Shown here in pieces: positions 56,559 to 64,000 of a DNA stretch of 64,000 nucleotides; position 1 is the first letter of the stretch; each line of letters opens with the position of its first letter. The notes beneath the pieces are model-generated. The model worked only from the letters and a program-made list of their open reading frames with translations, ran no database searches and had not been told where the DNA came from. The DNA comes from a virus, in the IMG/VR virus record IMGVR_UViG_3300002835_000024, one strand, 5' to 3'. Made by a program: the position numbers and the translations under genes.

Positions 56559-56633
56559 GCGGACGTGGTCTAGATATATGGGCCTTGGTCTTCCAAACCA
56601 AAGAGGCAGGCGAGATACCTGTCGTCCGCTCCA
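56559..56633 (+). tRNA. tRNA-Gly(TCC), atypical D- and T-loops
   Basis: GCGGACG/CGTCCGC acceptor, U73, CCA, loop CTTCCAA; T-loop CGAGATA. Confidence 0.75.
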
Positions 56634-57346
56634 ATCCCCCCTAACTTTGAAAAGGATTAAATATGATAGGACAGTACGATGAAAATTGAGCTAGGCACCG
56701 ATTCCGGTGATTATGAATTGCTGCGCGAGGCGGTGCAGTTGGCGCCGAACGGCTACTACCTTGCCACCGAGATCGGCGTGCGAGAAGGCGGCTCCACCCA
56801 AATGATTATGGAAGAGCTTGCCGCGAAGAAGTTTCGCGGGATGCTGACCCTGATCGACCACTACGGTGGGATGCCGCAATGGCACTCGGATACAGAGTGT
56901 GTCGTGCTCGACTACACGAACGAAATGCGTAACCGAGCGATGTCGTCGATCTACCAGTTGGCCAACCACCACAAGATCAACTTCCAGTTTTTCAATCTGG
57001 CCGACGACGACTTCTTCGCCTTCTTTCCAGACGGCGTACCGATCTATAGCGGCGGTGTGCGGATGTTGGTGAACGAATACTGTTTCGCTCACTTGGACGG
57101 CCCGCACCGCGTAGAACTGGTGGAGAAGGAAGCCGCGTTTTTCGCACCACGCATGGTGAGGGGTGGTGTGATCGTCACTGACGACATCCAACTCTTCAAC
57201 TTCAAACAGTTCACCAAGTTCGCCAAGACTATTGGCCTAGAGCTTGTGAAGAAGGGCGGCCTCAAAGCGGTGTTCCAGAAGCAATGACGTTGTCGCCTCG
57301 AAGCTAAAACCAAAGAGGCAGGCGAGATACCTGTCGTCCGCTCCAA
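56595..57346 (+). mobile_element. Islet flanked by 40-bp direct repeats of the tRNA-Gly 3' half (56595-56634; 57307-57346)
   Basis: Identical AAACCAAAGAGGCAGGCGAGATACCTGTCGTCCGCTCCAA; cargo visibly more GC-rich. Confidence 0.8.
56679..57287 (+). CDS. Class I SAM-dependent methyltransferase (Methyltransf_24-like)
   Basis: EIGVREGGS, HLDGPH, GGVIVTDD. Confidence 0.8.
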   Translation: MKIELGTDSGDYELLREAVQLAPNGYYLATEIGVREGGSTQMIMEELAAKKFRGMLTLIDHYGGMPQWHSDTECVVLDYTNEMRNRAMSSIYQLANHHKINFQFFNLADDDFFAFFPDGVPIYSGGVRMLVNEYCFAHLDGPHRVELVEKEAAFFAPRMVRGGVIVTDDIQLFNFKQFTKFAKTIGLELVKKGGLKAVFQKQ

Positions 57347-57357
57347 AGGACAATATC

Positions 57358-57708
57358 TTGATGAAGTTTTCCTTTATAAAAGAAACCAGAAAATGGGTTG
57401 TCGATACATTCGGCAAAGAATCAATCTTAAACAAAAAGATTCGTAATGAGAGATTTCTGGAAGAGTGTCTAGAATTGGTGCAATCTTGCAACATGACTAA
57501 AGAGGATGCTTCCAAGATTCTTGATTATGTTTATTCCAGACCGAAAGGAAAAATGGAACAAGAAGTTGGCGGTGTAATGGTTACTTTCGCCGCCCATGCT
57601 AGCTGTTATAATTATGATCCAGATTTTTGCGGCAAGTTAGAAATAGCTAGATGCTGGAAAAAGCAAGAAGAAATTAGACAGAAAAATTCTGAAAAGCCAA
57701 ACCTATAA
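57358..57708 (+). CDS. MazG-like NTP pyrophosphohydrolase-fold protein
   Basis: RFLEE-LEL, QEVGGV. Confidence 0.5.
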   Translation: MMKFSFIKETRKWVVDTFGKESILNKKIRNERFLEECLELVQSCNMTKEDASKILDYVYSRPKGKMEQEVGGVMVTFAAHASCYNYDPDFCGKLEIARCWKKQEEIRQKNSEKPNL

Positions 57709-57721
57709 TAAAGGAATTGTT

Positions 57722-58765
57722 ATGAGAGAATACCTTGATTTTCAAGACGTACTGCTGCTGCCTGAAATGTTCTCTAGACTGAATTCAAGATCTCAACCAC
57801 AACTACACACATCTGAAAACTCTGTGCCTCTATCGATAGCCAATATGGAAAATATTGGAACTCTTAAAGTGGCAAAGATTGCATCGGCTCGTGGTTGGAA
57901 AACATACATCGACAAACACGTTTCCATCATTGATTGGAGAACGTTTATCAAAGAATCAGATTGGTCTTTGGTCAAAAATGTTATTCCAACCTTTGGGTTT
58001 ACAGATCAAGACTTTGCAAAGATGAAAGAGATTTGGTATCTTCTGAGCGAGAAGTTTGTTCTTTGTGATAAGACTGTTTGTTTTGATTTGGCCAATGGAC
58101 ATTCGGATAACTTTTGGACCTCCACAATCAGATTTTTGAGAGAAGCGCCATTCAAAAATGTTATTTTTGGAAATCTGGGTAACGCGGAGACAATTCATTA
58201 TTTGATTGCATATCTCCGAGCTCGAGAATCTTTTCCAAATATCAAATCAATAGGACTGAAGTTTGGTATTGGTTCTGGCTCAGTTTGCACAACAAGATTG
58301 ATGACTGGAGTCGGCGCTCCTCAATATAGTCTTATTTGTGATGCGAGAAAACAACTAGAAGCTTGCAAAAAAGAAAACGAAAAGCTTTTCGAAAACGTTT
58401 ATATCATTTCCGATGGTGGCATTCGCAATCCCGGAGATGTAACAAAAGCTTTTGTGGCGGGTGCCCATGAGGTTATGATGGGCGGAATGTTTGCTGGTTT
58501 GACTGAAACTGGAAATAAGTTTTATGGTTCTTCTAGTGAAGAGTCTAAATCTTATAAACCAGAGAATAAATATTCTTCACCAGAAGGTAAATCTGTTTTG
58601 ATTTCCAGAAACATGAGCGTTGAGGAAAGAATCACTGAGATTGAAAACGGACTTCGTTCTGCCATGACATATTTAAATATTGCCTGTGTTGACGATCTCA
58701 TCAAAGACTATTATTATCTTCAAAATAATGTTGTGAAAGTTAGGAGACAAACGGATAATTACTAG
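57722..58765 (+). CDS. guaC: GMP reductase / IMPDH-family enzyme lacking CBS domains
   Basis: LDF-DVLLLP, SRS, ANM, D-ANGH, GIGSGSVCTTR, SDGG, GLRSAMTY. Confidence 0.85.
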   Translation: MREYLDFQDVLLLPEMFSRLNSRSQPQLHTSENSVPLSIANMENIGTLKVAKIASARGWKTYIDKHVSIIDWRTFIKESDWSLVKNVIPTFGFTDQDFAKMKEIWYLLSEKFVLCDKTVCFDLANGHSDNFWTSTIRFLREAPFKNVIFGNLGNAETIHYLIAYLRARESFPNIKSIGLKFGIGSGSVCTTRLMTGVGAPQYSLICDARKQLEACKKENEKLFENVYIISDGGIRNPGDVTKAFVAGAHEVMMGGMFAGLTETGNKFYGSSSEESKSYKPENKYSSPEGKSVLISRNMSVEERITEIENGLRSAMTYLNIACVDDLIKDYYYLQNNVVKVRRQTDNY

Positions 58766-58781
58766 TAAACAAAGAATCCTT

Positions 58782-59027
58782 TTGGGAATAAAACGGGGAA
58801 AGAAAAAAATGACCGAACAACCCTCGCTGAGACATCCAGAACTCTCAATCAGAATTTCACCTGATGATCATTCTTTCACAATCATCAGCAAAGTAACTCG
58901 AGTTTTGCGAAACAACAGCAAACATGATTCCATTGAGGATTTTATGAAACAGGTTTTGGTAGCAGAAACTGATGAAGAGTTTATGGCTATAGTCAATAGT
59001 TTTTTGAGGGTGGTTGATGACAATTGA
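58782..59027 (+). CDS. Hypothetical protein (start probably 58809)
   Basis: ORF track. Confidence 0.5.
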   Translation: MGIKRGKKKMTEQPSLRHPELSIRISPDDHSFTIISKVTRVLRNNSKHDSIEDFMKQVLVAETDEEFMAIVNSFLRVVDDN

Positions 59028-59631
59028 AATTGATTATGACTGCACTATCTCTGATATGGATATAATGGATCCATATCGCACAAGAGATATGATGTATGAG
59101 ATTAGAGAAGCGAGAAACTATTTCGGTCTTCATGGTTATATTCACTGGGTCGAGAAAGCTGTCATTCCTCAACAAAAAGCCCATGGTGTTTTTCCTAGAG
59201 AGCTCTTAGGAAACATGCCATTTCTTTCTAGACTCTTTTATAAAAAGTTACCACAACAGGGCAAATATATGTTTGTCGAAAACGACAAGATTCATCTTGT
59301 TGTTGTGTGTGACAAGAGCGATATGAAAAAATTCAGAGGCAACACCCAATCAGTTGTTTCTCTATTCGTGGCATTCCTAGGTGTTTATAACGAGAAAACA
59401 GGAGTGGCCCATGCAGTCGTCAACGAGAACAACACTTTGCTGGGTCAATCTGTTATAGCCAAATGTTCAACTAAAGTTATTGGTGGGCAGGCTGTTATCG
59501 TGAACACCTTTTATCCAATAACTCAAAAACTTCTAGAAGATAATAATCTACAGTTTCCAGTTGAAGAACAATTAGAGACTATCGGCATGGACGATATCTC
59601 GGAAGATTTTTCTTTTATTCATAAAAATTAA
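59014..59631 (+). CDS. Hypothetical protein
   Basis: GAGG RBS, 205 aa. Confidence 0.6.
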   Translation: MMTIEIDYDCTISDMDIMDPYRTRDMMYEIREARNYFGLHGYIHWVEKAVIPQQKAHGVFPRELLGNMPFLSRLFYKKLPQQGKYMFVENDKIHLVVVCDKSDMKKFRGNTQSVVSLFVAFLGVYNEKTGVAHAVVNENNTLLGQSVIAKCSTKVIGGQAVIVNTFYPITQKLLEDNNLQFPVEEQLETIGMDDISEDFSFIHKN

Positions 59632-59642
59632 TAAAAAAAGAC

Positions 59643-59671
59643 TTGACAATTACCAAAATTTATAGTAGACT
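59643..59671 (+). promoter_or_regulatory. Sigma70-like promoter TTGACA-N17-TAGACT
   Basis: Consensus-like. Confidence 0.65.
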
Positions 59672-59702
59672 TATAAGTTGTAATAATTGAAAGGATTTTG
59701 TT

Positions 59703-60002
59703 ATGGCAGTCTTAGGATCGCTAAGGAAAAAGCCTCGCACGCGAAGAAAGCCTCTGCGTGGTCGTAGCTGGAACGCTCCTGACTTTTCTTGGATGAGGGA
59801 AACTCCCGATCTTCCAGAGTGTTCCAACAATATGGTGTATACTCCTGCTAGAAATTTCTTCGATCAAACTCGTAATGAGTCGAAACAAGTTAAAGCAGAA
59901 ATGACTTTGAATATGACAAGCGTTGCCCCTATTTGCAACAAAGGCGCGTATCAATTCGTGACCAAAAAAGATGATGCTAACGCACTAGGAAGAAAGAAGT
60001 AA
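59703..60002 (+). CDS. Hypothetical T4-like protein
   Basis: C-terminal AP-NKGAYQ motif. Confidence 0.65.
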   Translation: MAVLGSLRKKPRTRRKPLRGRSWNAPDFSWMRETPDLPECSNNMVYTPARNFFDQTRNESKQVKAEMTLNMTSVAPICNKGAYQFVTKKDDANALGRKK

Positions 60003-60535
60003 TGAATATATTTTATTTGTCTGAGAATCCTGTTCAGTGTGCGCGTTGGATGGTTGACAAACATGTCGTAAAAATGATCCTCGAAACAGCACAGCTGCTA
60101 TCAACTGCCCATCGCGTTCTTGATGGGACGATGAGAGTGGATGTTGTTAATGGCAGGAAGAAAAAGGTTTATGCTCTTCCCGATTCGCGAAACGAAACTA
60201 TCTATTCGGCGACTCACATAAACCATCCATCGGCTATTTGGGCCAGAGAAACCTCTGGTAATTACAACTGGCTCTATCGCCACCTTCTTGCTTTGCTGGA
60301 GGAATACACCTATCGATATGGAAAGAAACACAAGGTAGAAACAACGGGAATGATTTTCGTTCTTGGAACTCTTCCCGGAAGAATTAAAATAGACGACTGC
60401 ACTGTGATGCCTTCTTGTATGGACGAAAAATATAAAGTGTCGGTAGACCCAATTTTGAATTATCGCAATTACTATCGACAAGGTAAAACGCATCTTCACA
60501 GTTGGAAGAAACGAGTCGCCCCTTCTTGGATTTAA
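60002..60535 (+). CDS. Pyrimidine-dimer DNA glycosylase-like (DenV family) protein
   Basis: MNIFYL, DKHVVKMILETAQLLSTAH, THINHP-W-R, YRNYY. Confidence 0.8.
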   Translation: MNIFYLSENPVQCARWMVDKHVVKMILETAQLLSTAHRVLDGTMRVDVVNGRKKKVYALPDSRNETIYSATHINHPSAIWARETSGNYNWLYRHLLALLEEYTYRYGKKHKVETTGMIFVLGTLPGRIKIDDCTVMPSCMDEKYKVSVDPILNYRNYYRQGKTHLHSWKKRVAPSWI

Positions 60536-60581
60536 ATTATAGTTTTTATAAATAGATAGAAACAAAATCCAGGGAGCCAAA

Positions 60582-61250
60582 ATGTCTAATATTGATCGTT
60601 ACGCCAAGTTTATATCAGAGCAAGCTCGTATTGCTAGACTGGATGGACCAAAACAATTGAGCGAAGAATGGACAGCGCATGAAGTGAACGCCGAACCCCT
60701 ACACCCAGATAATGATGGGAGGGGATATGGTGGTCACGATCCAGACGTACCCTTAGTAAGCGGCAAACTTCATCACACAGATGGCCATACAGCTGAATTT
60801 GTTAGATCACCTAATGGCGTATTAAGTGTTGATGTTCATCATGCAAAAACAATAGAAATTGCTGGTGGGTATGCCGAATTACAAAGATCTGCAGAAAAAG
60901 CAGCACAGGAAATATGCGATAAACACGATGGATTAAATGAATCAAAACAGCTGAGCGAAGAATGGACAGTGCATAAAGTGGAAGGCGGTGAAGTCACTCT
61001 ACATCATCAAGAAGATGGTCATAAAGCTGTTGTTAAGAATGGTAAAGTTACTTTGACAGTTGATAAAGAAAAATTGCTGGACAGGGCTTTTATTCCACCT
61101 CCGAGCTTGAAGGATTTCTTCGCCGCCCATCCGGAAGGCGATATGGGACAATTTTCTACATATATAGAAACCACTCGTGAAGCTCCAGAAATGAAACGTT
61201 TAGAAAAAACTGCTCGTGAAGCAGCAACTGCTGCATTGGAAAAAAAATAG
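60582..61250 (+). CDS. Late protein with two tandem homologous domains, probable internal head protein; late promoter 60547-60554
   Basis: KQLSEEWT-H-V repeated; N-terminal FISE. Confidence 0.6.
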   Translation: MSNIDRYAKFISEQARIARLDGPKQLSEEWTAHEVNAEPLHPDNDGRGYGGHDPDVPLVSGKLHHTDGHTAEFVRSPNGVLSVDVHHAKTIEIAGGYAELQRSAEKAAQEICDKHDGLNESKQLSEEWTVHKVEGGEVTLHHQEDGHKAVVKNGKVTLTVDKEKLLDRAFIPPPSLKDFFAAHPEGDMGQFSTYIETTREAPEMKRLEKTAREAATAALEKK

Positions 61251-61292
61251 AAGCCTGAACATTAGAATATTAACCTGTCTGTATCTAAACAG

Positions 61293-61319
61293 ATCCCCGC
61301 TTCGGCGGGGATTTTTTTT
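61293..61319 (+). terminator. Rho-independent terminator
   Basis: ATCCCCGC-TTCG-GCGGGGAT followed by T-tract. Confidence 0.9.
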
Positions 61320-61331
61320 ATTATAAATAAT

Positions 61332-62789
61332 ATGACTTCTATAATCGTTTCAGGAGAGCCTCCTTTGCACAGTTTTAAATATTTTGTGGAAAATTTTTTA
61401 ACAGAAGCACAGTTAAGTAAAGGCGAACTTACTGATGCAAATGGAAGAATTTCCGAACACGCTTTTCATCATGCAATAAACTCCTATTACAATAAAAGAG
61501 TTTCTGGAATGAGCCATGAACAAGCTTTGGATGAACTGCATCATCAATCCTCTCAAGCTAGTTTTAAAAAAGATGGCGGCGAATCAGATGAAATGAAACC
61601 GTTTAAAAAAAAATTAAAACACGGTAGATTTGATAAACTGTATTCTGATACAGTAAAATCTGCGGCTCATTTTATTCATCATCTTCATACTGAGGGGTTC
61701 TCCGTAGCTGGGCCTCCGCATGCCACTGGAGCTGGTCAAGAAAGGGGTGTTGAAGAAAAATATGGAGTTTCCTCTAATGCTGATGTGGTTGTCCCGATAG
61801 TAAAACATAGCACAGAAACTTCGGAACATTCTGAAGATCCTCTTTCTTCGTTAAAACATGGAGAAGGATTGTTAGCTGGTGTCTCTCTCAAAGTTTCTGG
61901 ATATGGAGAAAGCGGCAAAAAAAGTGCATCAGACAAACTAAGAGGGCCAGGATTTGCAGTTTTACACCATCACATTAGTAATTTGGTTGGTGCTGTTTTG
62001 GGGCCGACAGCCAAAAAAAATCTGGATTCTCTACACAAAAAAGCAAAAAGTTCGTTGGATTTTGATGAAGATCATCCTTTGATGCAAAAAACGCCTGATG
62101 GTAAACAAACAAAATTACTTGCTGTCAAAGGTGTGATTAATTCTAATCCCCAATTATTTAAAAAAACAGATAAATCTGGTAAAGAATTGCTTGCTAAAAT
62201 AACCAGAAGAATCCCAAAGGGATCAGAACAAGCAAAACAATATGATGAGATAGCAAAAGAAAAAAAATTACCAACATCTGATGAGCTACATAAACATCAT
62301 GAAGAATCTTCTGATAAAAACTCTATACCAAATTATTATTCTGCTGCTGCACGCGCTCTTAATAGAGTCTATAGCAAAGTTAGAACGCACCCAGATGAAC
62401 ATGGTCGTTTGTTGAAAAATTTTCATTCTGAAATATCTGGAATACCAGACAGACAATCAAAAGAGAGAAAAGTCATTAGAATTTTTCACGTAAGCGTAGC
62501 TAATGATGGAGAAGAACCAAAAACTAAAGTGGCCAATCTTCCGCGTTTGTTAAGAAACGCTCACGATTTTGATATCAAAAATGCATCTGATCCAAACAGA
62601 CAGTTTTCAGTTTCTTATACTCCCGGATCTCAGTCTTTCACTATAAAAAGATCGACAGGTAGTACGTTATTTTCTGTTAGCCATGATAGAAGATTTACAA
62701 ACATTAAATCGGGGTCTGGTTTGATGCCAAATAAACCCATAGGAAAATCTTTGGCATTTTACAAAGACAGATCTTGGTCAGGAAGATAA
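61332..62789 (+). CDS. His-rich late protein, possible PD-(D/E)xK-like fold; late promoter 61322-61329
   Basis: E, ADVVV, GVSLK pattern; N-terminal FLTE. Confidence 0.5.
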   Translation: MTSIIVSGEPPLHSFKYFVENFLTEAQLSKGELTDANGRISEHAFHHAINSYYNKRVSGMSHEQALDELHHQSSQASFKKDGGESDEMKPFKKKLKHGRFDKLYSDTVKSAAHFIHHLHTEGFSVAGPPHATGAGQERGVEEKYGVSSNADVVVPIVKHSTETSEHSEDPLSSLKHGEGLLAGVSLKVSGYGESGKKSASDKLRGPGFAVLHHHISNLVGAVLGPTAKKNLDSLHKKAKSSLDFDEDHPLMQKTPDGKQTKLLAVKGVINSNPQLFKKTDKSGKELLAKITRRIPKGSEQAKQYDEIAKEKKLPTSDELHKHHEESSDKNSIPNYYSAAARALNRVYSKVRTHPDEHGRLLKNFHSEISGIPDRQSKERKVIRIFHVSVANDGEEPKTKVANLPRLLRNAHDFDIKNASDPNRQFSVSYTPGSQSFTIKRSTGSTLFSVSHDRRFTNIKSGSGLMPNKPIGKSLAFYKDRSWSGR

Positions 62790-62792
62790 AAA

Positions 62793-63989
62793 ATGCTCAC
62801 TTATAAACAGTTTATCACAGAAGCTGAATCAAAAGGCGGTCACGGCCACCTTGGACACGCAGCTGAAGCAGCTATTCGTCTTGATGGAACTAAACCCATG
62901 ATTGGGTTGCTTCGTGATGTTGTTTCTAGAAAGGCAGAAATCACAAGAAAAATTGATGGAGCCATTTCTTTAGCTCGTAAAGATAAAGCAATAAGTTATA
63001 AATCAGACGCCGCAAAATGGCTTGGGTCTCCGGAAGAAGTTGGAGCATTGCACGGACCACAAGGTTCTGTTCCAAAACCGCATCTTCATGATATATTACG
63101 TCCATTGGCACAGCATCTACATGCAACTTTAAAAGAACCTGGATCCCACCAATTTGATGTTCTTTCAAAAAACCCAGAAGGGGGATTTGGCGGAAATATA
63201 GTAACATATCACCCAACGACTGGCGGGACTGAAAACGCATCACATCTTGTCGCTTTCCACACTGAAATGGATCCGAAAAAAGGTCCAACCCCTATTAAAC
63301 CTTCATTTGCTGGAACCACAACTCAACATCCACAGGGCAAAATTGCACATATGGATGTTAGTATGCATCCAGATGAGTTGGATATTTCCCCAAAACGTAA
63401 AGCAGAAGCTTTAAAACATCTAACAGCTGCCGAAGAAGAACACTCTCATCCTAATTACACAGAATCTCACTTGTTTGAAAATGGTCACGTTCATCCTCTG
63501 TTACGCAAAGGAAATCCAACAGCCAAGACCAAACCATTGAATTATGTTGAGATGTATCTCAATAGCACTCTTAACAGCAACAAACAGTCAAACGTGAAAG
63601 ATTTAAAGAAATTTGTTCGCGCAAGATATCAAAAAGATGGAAAAGATTCGACTGCTGCTTTACAACACATCGATGAAAACCAAGAACATTTTAATAGAAC
63701 ATTCAGAATACACAACCATTTACAACGAGCAGTTAATGCCATCACTAAAGGTATTGGTGAGAAATCAGAAAAAGTTGGAAGATTTCCATTCAGAATGACA
63801 GCCAGAATGCCTGGCGGTCGTCAAGGCAATACAAATGTTGGCGAAGGATTTTATGCTAAAAATGGAGAAACCCACGCCAAATTAGTTATGAGCTCTATAG
63901 CTTTGCCCAAAAAAGATCATCCAGCTGAACCAGACAATTTTGCCAGAAACAATCGTCTTAATGATAAATTTTCTAGACAGCCCGTTTAA
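62793..63989 (+). CDS. DUF6267-like (ligase/nucleotidyltransferase-like) protein with capsid-targeting-like N-terminus
   Basis: MLTYKQFITE; HL-H-E, KIDGA, EGF, KLV, F-N. Confidence 0.55.
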   Translation: MLTYKQFITEAESKGGHGHLGHAAEAAIRLDGTKPMIGLLRDVVSRKAEITRKIDGAISLARKDKAISYKSDAAKWLGSPEEVGALHGPQGSVPKPHLHDILRPLAQHLHATLKEPGSHQFDVLSKNPEGGFGGNIVTYHPTTGGTENASHLVAFHTEMDPKKGPTPIKPSFAGTTTQHPQGKIAHMDVSMHPDELDISPKRKAEALKHLTAAEEEHSHPNYTESHLFENGHVHPLLRKGNPTAKTKPLNYVEMYLNSTLNSNKQSNVKDLKKFVRARYQKDGKDSTAALQHIDENQEHFNRTFRIHNHLQRAVNAITKGIGEKSEKVGRFPFRMTARMPGGRQGNTNVGEGFYAKNGETHAKLVMSSIALPKKDHPAEPDNFARNNRLNDKFSRQPV

Positions 63990-64000
63990 TATTTGGGAAC

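Overview
64 kb of an AT-rich T4-like (Tevenvirinae-like) myovirus genome, with essentially all genes on the + strand. An alphaproteobacterial host is inferred, not proven. Order: neck/tail/head genes (gp13-gp23, gp3); UvsY/UvsW/gp55/gp47/gp46; peptide deformylase; a DNA base-hypermodification cluster (TET/JBP dioxygenase, class II glutamine amidotransferase, amidoligase, GNAT, aGPT-Pplase, P-loop kinase, DUF5664); gp45/44/62/regA; tRNAs and accessory genes; HisC-like aminotransferase; holin-like and SleB-like lysis genes; gp43/UvsX/gp41; a hyperplastic early region; and late internal-head-like proteins. Highlights: (1) the TET/JBP + kinase + aGPT-Pplase + amidoligase/GATase/GNAT cluster, in which three enzymes end in a sliding-clamp-binding-like motif; (2) ten copies of a geometrically fixed, covarying hairpin + RBS element separating short early genes, downstream of duplicated rRNA-operon-like promoter/boxA leaders; (3) a GIY-YIG endonuclease cassette that replaced the middle of a tRNA and carries a replacement tRNA(CAT); (4) terminase large subunit fractured by an atypically split intein with an HNH gene between the halves; (5) integrase-less single-gene insertions flanked by 36-40 bp direct repeats; (6) a candidate late-expressed structured ncRNA. 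All calls come from motif recognition by eye; no database searches were run.
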